Of a stretch of DNA of 64,000 bases, positions 7,735-16,835 are shown piece by piece. How positions within the stretch are numbered: position 1 is the first letter of the stretch; each line of letters begins with the position of its first letter. The DNA is from Capsulimonadales bacterium. Lineage in GTDB: Bacteria > Armatimonadota > Armatimonadia > Armatimonadales > Armatimonadaceae. The position numbers and the translations under genes are program-made. The DNA lies in assembly GCA_033762295.1 (NCBI GenBank), contig JANRLW010000126.1, forward strand, positions 1 to 64,000, read 5' to 3'. A model generated the notes under the pieces. It was not told the DNA's origin. It was given only the letters and a program-made list of their open reading frames with translations, and did no database searches.

Positions 7735-8709
7735 TTGCGTATCGTTTCACTGCTGCCGTCCGCTACCGAGATCGTCGCCGCCCTCGGTCTGACCGATTCG
7801 CTCGTCGCCATCACCCACGAATGCGATTACCCGCCGGAAATCGTCGGTCGGCCCGTCGTCACCGGAAGCATCCTGCCCGAACCACGGACCGAGGACGACG
7901 AACCGCTCTCCGCACTGGAGATCGACGAACGGGTACGCGCGGCGGTCGAAGCCGGGGAGTCGATCTACCGGATCGATCATGACCTGCTGCGCGAACTCAA
8001 ACCGGACCTGATCCTCACGCAGGGTCTGTGCGATGTCTGCGCGGTCAACCATGCCGCCGTACGCGCGGCCGTCGACGTCGTCGGAAGCGGAGCCACGGTG
8101 CTGGACCTCGCTCCCACCGACCTCGCCGGGGTGCTCGAAACATTTCGGGCCGTCGGACGGGCCGCCCATGTGGAAGCGCGGGCCGACGAACTGGTCGAAC
8201 AGGTACGGAACCGGTGGAACCGGGTCGCCGAACGGACGACCGACCTGCCCGCACGACCACGTACTCTGCTTCTCGAATGGCCCGAACCACCCTTTTCGGC
8301 CGGACACTGGAACCCGGAACTGCTGCAACTGGCCGGCGGGATCGGGGGACCGTGGGATGCCGTCGGCGTACCCTCCCGGACGCTCGACTGGCAGGAAATC
8401 CGGGAGTTCGGTCCGGAGATGATCGTGCTGATGGCCTGCGGGTTCGATACCTACCGCGCCCTCTGGGAGGCGTCCACCCTGACCGATGTCCCCGGATGGT
8501 TCGATCTGCCCGCCGTGCGTAACGGAGACTGTTACGCCGTCGACGGCAACGCCTATTTCAATCGACCCGGCCCGCGACTGGCCGAGTCCGCCGAGATTCT
8601 CGCCACCATTCTGCACCCGGAACGATTTCCCGAAATGCTGCCACCATACGCGGCGCAGATTTTCGATCCGGAACTCATGGACCCCGATAAGGCGGAGGCC
8701 GGAGGATAA
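7735..8709 (+). CDS. Cobalamin-binding/BtuF-like substrate-binding protein (no signal peptide)
   Basis: MRIVSLLPSATEI, THECDYP, PDLILTQ.LC.VCAV, DGNAYFNRPGPRL; TTG start with GAGGAG RBS. Confidence 0.85.
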   Translation: MRIVSLLPSATEIVAALGLTDSLVAITHECDYPPEIVGRPVVTGSILPEPRTEDDEPLSALEIDERVRAAVEAGESIYRIDHDLLRELKPDLILTQGLCDVCAVNHAAVRAAVDVVGSGATVLDLAPTDLAGVLETFRAVGRAAHVEARADELVEQVRNRWNRVAERTTDLPARPRTLLLEWPEPPFSAGHWNPELLQLAGGIGGPWDAVGVPSRTLDWQEIREFGPEMIVLMACGFDTYRALWEASTLTDVPGWFDLPAVRNGDCYAVDGNAYFNRPGPRLAESAEILATILHPERFPEMLPPYAAQIFDPELMDPDKAEAGG

Positions 8710-8710
8710 A

Positions 8711-9511
8711 ATGCGCCTCGTCGACGATCTGCGGCGGACCATCACCCTCCGCCGACCCGCACGCCGGGTACTTTCGCTCGCTCCGGCGATCGCGGAAAAC
8801 ATCGCCGCGATCGACGGTCTGCCGTTTCTGGTGGGGGTCTCCACCGCCGATAGTTTCCCGTCCGAAGTCACCCGGTTGCCGCGTATCGGGGATTTCGGTC
8901 GGTACGCCTACGAGCGGATCCTCGCCCTCAAACCCGACCTGGCGATCGTCGAGATCGGCAAGGTCGATGCCGCCACGATCGCCAACGCCGAACGAAAAAT
9001 GCGTTGCCCCATCCTGGTCCAGATCTCGCGAAACTACGACGATGTTCCCCGGCACCTGCGGCAGCTCGGGGTCGCCCTCGGGCGCGAGAAGCAGGCGGAG
9101 CCGGTCGCGCGACAAATGGAACAACGCCTGCGAAAGGTCGCCGCGCTGCCGCCGCTGAAACCTGCGCCGACCGTCTTTATCGAGGTCAGCCGGACGCCGC
9201 TCTACTCCGCCGGGCCGGGGTCGTTCCCGGACGACCTGATTCGCCGGGCCGGCGGTGTCAATGTGGTGCGCACCGCCGACCCGTACCCCGTGTTCTCCCG
9301 TGAAGCGCTGGTTGCCGCCGATCCCGAGCATTACATCGTCGCGGGAGGCGGCGACATGAGCGAGGCCGACACGAAGCTCCCACCGCCGTTCGATCGCCTG
9401 CGCGCCGCCCGAAACGGAAACATCCACCGGATTCCCGCTGACTGGCTGTTCCGGCCGACACCGCGCCTCGCCGACGGACTCGAGAGGCTGGCCCGCGTTT
9501 TGCGAACCTGA
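8711..9511 (+). CDS. BtuF-like helical-backbone metal/cobalamin-binding protein
   Basis: VDDLRRTITL..PARRVLSLAP, ERILALKPDL, RPTPRL; GGAGG RBS before ATG 8711. Confidence 0.8.
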   Translation: MRLVDDLRRTITLRRPARRVLSLAPAIAENIAAIDGLPFLVGVSTADSFPSEVTRLPRIGDFGRYAYERILALKPDLAIVEIGKVDAATIANAERKMRCPILVQISRNYDDVPRHLRQLGVALGREKQAEPVARQMEQRLRKVAALPPLKPAPTVFIEVSRTPLYSAGPGSFPDDLIRRAGGVNVVRTADPYPVFSREALVAADPEHYIVAGGGDMSEADTKLPPPFDRLRAARNGNIHRIPADWLFRPTPRLADGLERLARVLRT

Positions 9512-9691
9512 CAGCCGACAAAAACGGTGGGAAAGCGGGAACGATTCCCGGAAGGAGGGTGTACCATTCTCGAAGAATCGATACCATATCGAGGAATCGA
9601 TAGGACACCGGCGTGCGGAGGGTCACTGAGGTAACTTCCGTCGAACCTTTGCCGCGCGCCAATGGTATCAAAGGACAGGAGGGTTTTGTTT

Positions 9692-10015
9692 ATGAGTAAA
9701 GCTGCTGCCGTCTCCGGGGCGGATTTCGATAAGGAAGTGCTGCAGTCGTCGGTACCCGTGCTGGTCGATTTCTGGGCCGCCTGGTGCGGACCCTGCCGGC
9801 GGGTCGCGCCGGAACTCGACGCCGTCGCCGAACAGCTCGGCGAAAAAGTCAAGATTCTGAAGGTCGATGTCGACGCCGAACCGGAACTGGCCGGGAAGTA
9901 CGGCATTCAGAGCATTCCGGCTATGTTCATCTTCAAGGGCGGTAAGGTCGTCGATCAGATCCTGGGAGCCTATCCGCGCCAGGTGATCGCCGAGCGTCTG
10001 TCCCAGCACGTCTAA
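9692..10015 (+). CDS. trxA: Thioredoxin
   Basis: VLVDFWAAWCGPC, YGIQSIP. Confidence 0.95.
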   Translation: MSKAAAVSGADFDKEVLQSSVPVLVDFWAAWCGPCRRVAPELDAVAEQLGEKVKILKVDVDAEPELAGKYGIQSIPAMFIFKGGKVVDQILGAYPRQVIAERLSQHV

Positions 10016-10042
10016 GCGGGTTAGGTATTAATCCGAAACGGG

Positions 10043-10070
10043 AAGGCGCGGCCATCCGCCGCGCCTTTTT
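10043..10070 (+). terminator. Rho-independent terminator after trxA
   Basis: AAGGCGCGG/CCGCGCCTT stem followed by a T run. Confidence 0.7.
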
Positions 10071-10074
10071 GCCG

Positions 10075-11256
10075 TTATTTCGGACCCGGATCGGCATTCA
10101 TCCGCGTGTCAGCGACCGGCGGTGCGTTCGTTCGCCGTTTGGATGCGCGGGCCTTTCGCCGTTCCGCATACTTCACCGCGCCGGTCAGCATGAGCAATAA
10201 CGGCGTCCCGCCGGCGAGCGCATAAACGACCTGGCTGACGCTTCCCCCCCACCAGCCGAAGTGCAGACGGGTCAGGGAACGGACGATCTTTCGACCGATC
10301 GGCGCGGTCCGCTCGTCCTCGATCTGCAACACCTGCCCGGTATAGGGATCGAGGGTGATCTGAATCCGACTCAACAGCCCGGTCTCGCCGCGCGATTTTC
10401 GAACCACCAGCGGAGCGTCCGGACGCGTCGGATAGACGATGCGCTCGATCGACGCCGATGGTTCGATCTGCGCGGCGATTTTCAGCAACCGTTCCGCAGG
10501 TAGTCGTGGGGTGTCGCCGGAAGGCACGATAGGCGGGGGTTTCGTCGGGGGCGGTGTGCGGGTCATGGCGAAGAGGATCGGCTGAAGTTCCTCCCGAAAG
10601 ACGATACTGATTCCGGTGCCGACGATCAGCAGCAGGACCGGCAACGCCAGAAGCCCGGTCCGATAGTGCCATTCGTGCAGCTGGCGGCGGAGTGACGCGT
10701 TCCGGGGAAAGGCAAAAACCGCCTTCATCGCGGTGACCGTCGGCGGCCACCGGAGCGCGATGCCCGAGAGCAGCAGCCCGACCGTCACGATCCCCAGAAC
10801 GCCGTTGATCCGCTCTCCGGTCAGCCCCAGGAGCAGGTACAGGTGCAGTAACAGAAGAAAGCCGGCGGGGGTGTCGATGAGCCGTTTATTCTGCAGAATC
10901 GTGCCCGTACACCGGTCCGCCAGCGCCTCGCGGACCGTGGTGACCGCCGAGTGTTCGCCGATCTGCAGGCGGTACGGCGCGTTCGATCCGGTCGGCAGTT
11001 GAATCCGCGCCAGGTCCTTTTCCGGAACGTCCGGAAGTTGCTCCCGAATCCGCGCCATCGCCTGCGACAGGGAAAGGCATGGCCGTTCGGGGTTGGGTTT
11101 CGTCACCGGAGAAGGCTCGGTGATGGGCTGCCAGGAGCGAACGAAAACCAGGAGGCTTCCCGTCAGCCCCATCAGGACGAACCAGAGGCCGACGGTCAAC
11201 CCCAGAACGAGATGCGCGCGAAACAGCCACGGGCGCAAACGCACTCCGATGCGCAT
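10075..11256 (-). CDS. PepSY-associated TM helix domain protein
   Basis: H.VLGL...GLTGS, LH..LLLG, WH...G and LHFG conserved His pattern; DPYTG. Confidence 0.88.
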   Translation of the reverse strand: MRIGVRLRPWLFRAHLVLGLTVGLWFVLMGLTGSLLVFVRSWQPITEPSPVTKPNPERPCLSLSQAMARIREQLPDVPEKDLARIQLPTGSNAPYRLQIGEHSAVTTVREALADRCTGTILQNKRLIDTPAGFLLLLHLYLLLGLTGERINGVLGIVTVGLLLSGIALRWPPTVTAMKAVFAFPRNASLRRQLHEWHYRTGLLALPVLLLIVGTGISIVFREELQPILFAMTRTPPPTKPPPIVPSGDTPRLPAERLLKIAAQIEPSASIERIVYPTRPDAPLVVRKSRGETGLLSRIQITLDPYTGQVLQIEDERTAPIGRKIVRSLTRLHFGWWGGSVSQVVYALAGGTPLLLMLTGAVKYAERRKARASKRRTNAPPVADTRMNADPGPK

Positions 11257-11260
11257 CGTC

Positions 11261-12070
11261 TCAGCGTCGGTTTTCCGCGAACTGCAGCGTCACCTTGCCC
11301 TGATCGGAGAGTTCGGAGGCGTTCCGGTACCAGTAGTTGAACTGGCCCGTCCGGTAGGTGGCGTTCGGACGCAACGCCTTGACGTGGCTGTCGGCGAACA
11401 GATAGTTGGTCATTCCGGAGTGGCCCTTGAACAGGCAGTTCCCGTAAATATTGGTCACGACCTGCCCCTGCTTCGGACCATAGGCCCATGTGTAGGACAG
11501 ATCGTTCCGATCCACGACAAAGGTGACGTAAGGGATATTCTGAATCTCGGTCACCGCGATACACTCCGAAGGGCGTTCGACGGCGGCGAGGGCGACGCCG
11601 GGGGAGCGATGTTGGCCGAACAACCCGCGGCCCAGGGCATCGGCGGCCGCCGCACCGACCTCGGTGAAGTTGGCGGCATAGGAGACGCCGAACTCCGGAT
11701 CATACGAGGGGACCGTGCGATCCGGATTGCTGGGACAGGTCAGCAGTTCGCGGTTGCGCACGTACGGCTGGATGACGGATCGCCAGGAGTTCTGATCGTA
11801 GTCCGAAAAGTCGGGGGCGGCTCCGAACGGTTCGAACCGGCGGTTGGGATACGTTTCGTCATAGTCCTGAACGTACATCGCCAGCGCCAGACCGATCTGT
11901 TTCAGGTTGGACGCGCACGAAGTCTGCCGCGCCTTCTCCCGCGCCTGCGCGAAGACCGGGAAAAGAATGGCTGCCAGAATGGCGATGATGGCGATGACGA
12001 CAAGCAGTTCGATCAACGTGAAAGCGGAGTGGTTCCCCCGATCGTCCCGACGCATATCCGCAGAATTCAT
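11261..12070 (-). CDS. DUF1559 / prepilin-type N-terminal cleavage-methylation domain protein
   Basis: [44 protein letters not shown]-terminal H-X9-D(S/G)H ([17 protein letters not shown]); AGGAG RBS before ATG 12070. Confidence 0.92.
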   Translation of the reverse strand: MNSADMRRDDRGNHSAFTLIELLVVIAIIAILAAILFPVFAQAREKARQTSCASNLKQIGLALAMYVQDYDETYPNRRFEPFGAAPDFSDYDQNSWRSVIQPYVRNRELLTCPSNPDRTVPSYDPEFGVSYAANFTEVGAAAADALGRGLFGQHRSPGVALAAVERPSECIAVTEIQNIPYVTFVVDRNDLSYTWAYGPKQGQVVTNIYGNCLFKGHSGMTNYLFADSHVKALRPNATYRTGQFNYWYRNASELSDQGKVTLQFAENRR

Positions 12071-12118
12071 TCGCACTCCTAAAGCGACTTTTTGAATCGC
12101 CGACCATTTTTATCGCCC

Positions 12119-12149
12119 TTAGGTTAGCATACGTTCGTCTTTCTGTCAA
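12119..12149 (-). promoter_or_regulatory. Promoter of the DUF1559-PepSY operon, overlapped by a DtxR-like half site
   Basis: TTGACA-N17-TAACCT on the minus strand; plus strand reads TTAGGTTAGCATAC. Confidence 0.5.
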
Positions 12150-12218
12150 ACGGTTCGGGAGCAAACACGGCAAAAATTCCGGCCCGGTTTTCATGGTAGG
12201 ATGGGTCGGGGAGGAATT

Positions 12219-12566
12219 ATGAACTTTACGTTTGACCATGTGGCGCAGGTCGTACCGAACATCGCCGAGGCGGTGGCCTGGTACCGGGAACTCCTGCCCG
12301 GAGCGACGGTGCTTTACCAGGACGATTCCTGGGCGTTCGTCGAGGCGGGGGGAGCGAAGATCGCCTTCGTGGTCCGCGACCAGCACCCGAACCATATCGC
12401 CTGGCGCGTCAGCTCGGCGGACCTGGAGGCGGCGGCGGCGAAGTTCGGCAAGGAGATCAAACCCCACCGTGACGGCACGCGATCGTTCTACCTCGAAGCG
12501 CCCGGCGGTCAGAGCGTCGAGATCATCTCCTTCGAGGGCAGTCAGTGGGAGCGCGAGGACGGCTGA
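12219..12566 (+). CDS. VOC/glyoxalase family protein
   Basis: FDHVAQVVPNIAEAVAWY, HIAWRV, SFYLEAPGGQSVEII. Confidence 0.85.
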   Translation: MNFTFDHVAQVVPNIAEAVAWYRELLPGATVLYQDDSWAFVEAGGAKIAFVVRDQHPNHIAWRVSSADLEAAAAKFGKEIKPHRDGTRSFYLEAPGGQSVEIISFEGSQWEREDG

Positions 12567-13307
12567 TCAGGTTCGCTCCGGCAGGACGATCGTTTGGCGA
12601 ACCGTGACCGGCAGGGCGATGGCCGAGGCAAAGCCGTCCGCCAGCGCCAGCGGATGCACCCACCACTCCGATACGTCGATCGGTTCGCCCGAAGGAGTCA
12701 GACGCCGCACCTCCGGCGATGTCAGGGAAACGGCAAACTCCCGAAGCGGACAGAGCAGGCCGGTCCCCAGCGCTTTCAGGTACGCCTCCTTCCGTGCCCA
12801 GAACCCGAAAAAAGCCGCATGCCGGTCGGCGGTCGGTAAGGACGCCAGTTCCCGTATCTCCGGGACCGAGAAATACGATCCGGCCAGCTCCGTTACCTCG
12901 AAATCGGTCCGAATCCGCTCGATATCGACCCCGACCGCATGGTCCCGCAGGACCGCGTAAACGGCGCGATCCTCCGAGTGGGAGACATTGAAATGCAACG
13001 AGGCGGGACCCGACCGATCCGCCAGATAGGGCTTCCCCTCCGCCGTCGTTTCCAGCCGAAGCGCGTTCGGGGCGATTCCCGTGTAGCGGCTCAGGATTTC
13101 GCGAAGCAGCCCGCGTCCGACGACGTAACGGTTGCGGTCACGTTCGAAATGAAATCGCGCCGCACGCGCCGCTTCCCCTGCGGACAGGCAGGCGCGCAAG
13201 GACGCCCGCCGTTCTTCCGGCATGTCGAGCCGCGCGGTATACAGGTGGGCGCAGAAAGCGGAGACCTCCGGAATCGGGGCATCGTCGGATAGGTGGCGTA
13301 TCCGCAT
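12567..13307 (-). CDS. Sfp-type 4'-phosphopantetheinyl transferase
   Basis: GKPYL, FNVSHS, VGVDIE, FWARKEAYLKALGTGL. Confidence 0.93.
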   Translation of the reverse strand: MRIRHLSDDAPIPEVSAFCAHLYTARLDMPEERRASLRACLSAGEAARAARFHFERDRNRYVVGRGLLREILSRYTGIAPNALRLETTAEGKPYLADRSGPASLHFNVSHSEDRAVYAVLRDHAVGVDIERIRTDFEVTELAGSYFSVPEIRELASLPTADRHAAFFGFWARKEAYLKALGTGLLCPLREFAVSLTSPEVRRLTPSGEPIDVSEWWVHPLALADGFASAIALPVTVRQTIVLPERT

Positions 13308-13309
13308 CG

Positions 13310-14242
13310 CTACGTTCCCGGAAGAACGGCGTCAAAGAAGGCGGACAGACGTCGCACATATTCCCCGGCGGCGACCCGATGGTAATCGCCATGTCCCGCT
13401 CCGGGAACCTGCCAGAGCCAGTGCGGTTCGCCCGTGGCGGCGAAAAGGCGACCGGCTTCCTCACGGGACACATCGCCGATTTCACCGTGGAGGACGAAGA
13501 CCGGGCGCGGAGCGATCCGCGCCGCCGAAGCGACGGTATCGGTGGCATCGAGGTTGACACCCGAACGCCGGATCGTTTCCTCGGCCGGAAAACGACTGAG
13601 CCAGCCCCATTTGGAAAAGTCCTGGCGGATCGTTTCCCGGACCGACGGAACCGTGCCTTCCAGGACGACGGCGGCAAGCCGCAGGTCTTGCGCGGCGACC
13701 TCGGCGGCGACCACGCCGCCCATGGAGAAACCGACGATTCCGATACGTCCCCGGTCGATGTCGGGAAGCGCACTCAGAAAATCCAGGGCGCCGGTCAGAT
13801 CCGCCCGCTCGCGGTCGCCCCAGGTGACCCGTTCGCCGTCGCTCTCACCGTGCGCCCGCCAGTCGAACAGCAGGACGCCGTAGCCTTTCCGGACGAAGAC
13901 GTTCGCCAGTTCCCATTTCTCGGCGCGGTTCTCCCCGAAACCGTGGGTCAGGATCAACGCCGCGCGATTGGACGCCGGAAAATACCACCCGCGTATGGTC
14001 AGGCCATCGTCGGTACGCCAGGAGACGTCCCGCCAGCCGGACTCCATCCCTTCGGGTTTTTGCACCGGTTTCCGGACCGGAAAGACCAGGGTGCGCGCGA
14101 TCCGCGAACTGCGCCACGCGACCGCCACGCAAAAAAAGAGATTGCCGAGCAAAAGCCCGAGGAGGAGACGGAACGGAAACGCCCCCCGCGACCGACGCAC
14201 GGGGGGAAGGCCGGCATCGGTCGCGGGAGGCGTGAACGTCAT
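13310..14242 (-). CDS. Membrane-anchored alpha/beta hydrolase
   Basis: N-terminal hydrophobic helix; HGFG, DWRAHGES, GFSMG nucleophile, GAGHG. Confidence 0.88.
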   Translation of the reverse strand: MTFTPPATDAGLPPVRRSRGAFPFRLLLGLLLGNLFFCVAVAWRSSRIARTLVFPVRKPVQKPEGMESGWRDVSWRTDDGLTIRGWYFPASNRAALILTHGFGENRAEKWELANVFVRKGYGVLLFDWRAHGESDGERVTWGDRERADLTGALDFLSALPDIDRGRIGIVGFSMGGVVAAEVAAQDLRLAAVVLEGTVPSVRETIRQDFSKWGWLSRFPAEETIRRSGVNLDATDTVASAARIAPRPVFVLHGEIGDVSREEAGRLFAATGEPHWLWQVPGAGHGDYHRVAAGEYVRRLSAFFDAVLPGT

Positions 14243-14255
14243 GGCAGTTCGAACT

Positions 14256-16835
14256 TTACCGGTTGGTCAGCGCTTCCGAAATCTTCGCTTCCATGGCGGC
14301 GGCCAGTTGACGAACGTTCGGCTCCTTCAGCATGCCCAGGTGATTTCCCGGAATATCGATGATTTCCATTCCGCCCGCCGCCATACCCTTCCACCAGAGG
14401 TCCGGGTCGTAGTACGAGAAGTTGTTTCGGACGGTGGCGCGGAACATGACCATCCGGCCGGGGTAAATGTCGGGATGGTAATGAAGGACCGACTGATCGG
14501 CCACTTTCTGTATCTCTCGCAGCGTTTCCGGCACGAACTTCTCCGTGTCGACGTCCAGCACGGTTTCCTTGCCCTGAACGACCTCTTTCGCCTTCTTCTT
14601 GACGCCCGACAGGACGTATTGCAGTTTGTGGCGAACATCCATCTCCCGCATGGCCTCAAGGTGGAGCGGCATACGGTTGGCGGCGGGCATGGCGAAGAGG
14701 TTCTGCTGGAACGCCACCGGCGCGAACGTGTCCAGGAGAGCGAGCAGGGCGACTTCCCGGCCCTGGCGGTGAAGCTGCTGGGCGATCTCGAAGGCCAGAA
14801 TACCCCCGAAGGAGGAGCCGGCCAGAAGATAGGGACCGCTCGGGTAGAACGTTACGATCTCCTGCAGGTACTTGGCGGCCATTTCCTCGACGCCGGTCAT
14901 TTTTATCTCCGCGCCGTGAAGCATTTCGGTCTCGATCCCGTAGACCGGCTGGTCCTGACCCAGGTACTGGGCCATCGCGTCATAGCACATGACGATGCCG
15001 TCGTTCCGATGGAGACAGAACAGCGGGGGACGATGTCCGTTCGGCCGGATCGGAATCAGGTTGGAGAACCGGGTGGCCTCACCGCCGGACATCCGATCGC
15101 TGAGCTGAGCGATCGTTCGCGCGCGGAAAAGGGTGGCCAGCGGGAGCGCCTGTCCGTACTCCTGCTCGATCCGCGCGAAGAGGCGAATCGCCAGGAGGGA
15201 GTGGCCGCCAAGAGCGAAGAAGTCATCATGGATGCCGATTCGCCCAATGCCCATGACTTCCTGCCAGATCTCGGTCAGGCGGGCCTCCATCGGGTTGCGC
15301 GCCGCCGCGTAGGCCGTTCTTTCGGCGGGAGAGTCGCCCGGAGCGGCTTCCTGCCGTGCGCGCGCCCGCTTCCGCGCCATCTCGTCCGCTTCCTCGGGCG
15401 TCAGGATGTTCCAGTCGGTCGGTCGCCCGGTCGGGTCGGCGACCGCCTTTTCGAGGATACGGCGGTAATGGTCGATCAGCCGGACGATCGAACTCCGGTC
15501 GAAGAGCGCGGTGTTGTACTCCACCTGAACGCGTGAGCCTTCGGCACGGTCCAGAATCGCGCACTGAATATCGAACAGGGCGCCCGGACTGACCGAACGG
15601 AGCGGCGTCAAATGCAGGTCCGGGAGTTCCATCGGCTGCATAAAGGCCCGCTGATAGATGAAGTTGGTCCGCAGAAGCGGGGTTCGACCCCGTTCGGGGT
15701 CCGGCGGAATCGTCTCCATCAGGCGTTCGAACGGCAGGTCGGAGTGGGCGAATGCCGCCAGGGAAAGGTCGCGGACGCGCGCCAGAACCTCCCGGAAGGT
15801 CGGTTGACCGGAGACGTCGCAACGGAAGATCATCAGGTTGGAGAAGAGGCCGATCAGCGGCTCCAGTTCGACCTGTCGACGGTTGGCCGTCGGAGAGCCG
15901 ATCAGAAGGTCGGTCTGGTCGGTATACAGGTTCAGAAGAACGTTGTAGGCGGCCAGGTAGACCATGAACATCGTGCAGTCCTCCTGCCGGCAGAACGCCT
16001 GGAGGGATTGAACGAGTTCGTTGCTGAAAAGGAGCGTTTCGATGTCCCCCGGCGTCAGCCGATCGTTCGGTCGCGGGTGATCGGTCGGCAGATTCAGCAA
16101 AGGCAGCTTTCCGGAGAACCGTTTCGTCCAGAAGTCGACCTGCGGTCCGCTGTCCTTCTCCAGCCATTCCAGCTGCCATCCGGCGAAGTCGGCAAACTGC
16201 AGGGGGAGTTCGGGCAGCCGGGGATCATGTCCGGTGACGAACGCCGTATACAGGGTTCCGATTTCATGGACCAGTACGCCGTTGGACCAGCCGTCACAGA
16301 TGATATGGTGCAGGGTCAGCAGAAGGATATGATGATCCTCCGCGATCTTCACCAGTCGGGCGACGAACAGGGGACCCTTCTCGGTGGACAGGGGTTGTGC
16401 TGCCTCCCGGTGGGTCACCTCCTCGGCTCTCGCCTCCCGCTCCGCTTCCGGGACGTCGGTCAGGTCGGTGAGAGCGAGGTCCATGGTCCGTTCGGGAGCG
16501 ATCGCCTGCATCAGCTTTCCGTCGACGGAGACGAACGTGGTCCGCAGGGTCTCATGCCGAAGCACGACCTCCTGCAGCGCCCGTTGCAGTGCGGGGACAT
16601 CGACCCGCCCGCGGAGCCGCAGCGCCAGCGGCATATTGAGCGCGGGGTTCCCCGGCTGGAACTGTTCCAGCGCCCAGAAACGCTGCTGCGACACGGAAGC
16701 CGGAAGCAGATAGACCTCCTCGGCGGAAGGATCTTCCGTCTCCTCCGTCCCTACTTGCGTCATTTCCGGTTGGCTCTCCTCGGTGTGTGTCGGCAGGACC
16801 GCCTTTTCTTCGTTCGATGAAATTAATGAAATCAC
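14256..16835 (-). CDS. NRPS termination protein C-PCP-TE (no A domain)
   Basis: HHIICDG; DDFFALGGHSL; TE GPYLLAGSSFGG and PGNH. Confidence 0.92.
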   Translation of the reverse strand: MISLISSNEEKAVLPTHTEESQPEMTQVGTEETEDPSAEEVYLLPASVSQQRFWALEQFQPGNPALNMPLALRLRGRVDVPALQRALQEVVLRHETLRTTFVSVDGKLMQAIAPERTMDLALTDLTDVPEAEREARAEEVTHREAAQPLSTEKGPLFVARLVKIAEDHHILLLTLHHIICDGWSNGVLVHEIGTLYTAFVTGHDPRLPELPLQFADFAGWQLEWLEKDSGPQVDFWTKRFSGKLPLLNLPTDHPRPNDRLTPGDIETLLFSNELVQSLQAFCRQEDCTMFMVYLAAYNVLLNLYTDQTDLLIGSPTANRRQVELEPLIGLFSNLMIFRCDVSGQPTFREVLARVRDLSLAAFAHSDLPFERLMETIPPDPERGRTPLLRTNFIYQRAFMQPMELPDLHLTPLRSVSPGALFDIQCAILDRAEGSRVQVEYNTALFDRSSIVRLIDHYRRILEKAVADPTGRPTDWNILTPEEADEMARKRARARQEAAPGDSPAERTAYAAARNPMEARLTEIWQEVMGIGRIGIHDDFFALGGHSLLAIRLFARIEQEYGQALPLATLFRARTIAQLSDRMSGGEATRFSNLIPIRPNGHRPPLFCLHRNDGIVMCYDAMAQYLGQDQPVYGIETEMLHGAEIKMTGVEEMAAKYLQEIVTFYPSGPYLLAGSSFGGILAFEIAQQLHRQGREVALLALLDTFAPVAFQQNLFAMPAANRMPLHLEAMREMDVRHKLQYVLSGVKKKAKEVVQGKETVLDVDTEKFVPETLREIQKVADQSVLHYHPDIYPGRMVMFRATVRNNFSYYDPDLWWKGMAAGGMEIIDIPGNHLGMLKEPNVRQLAAAMEAKISEALTNR

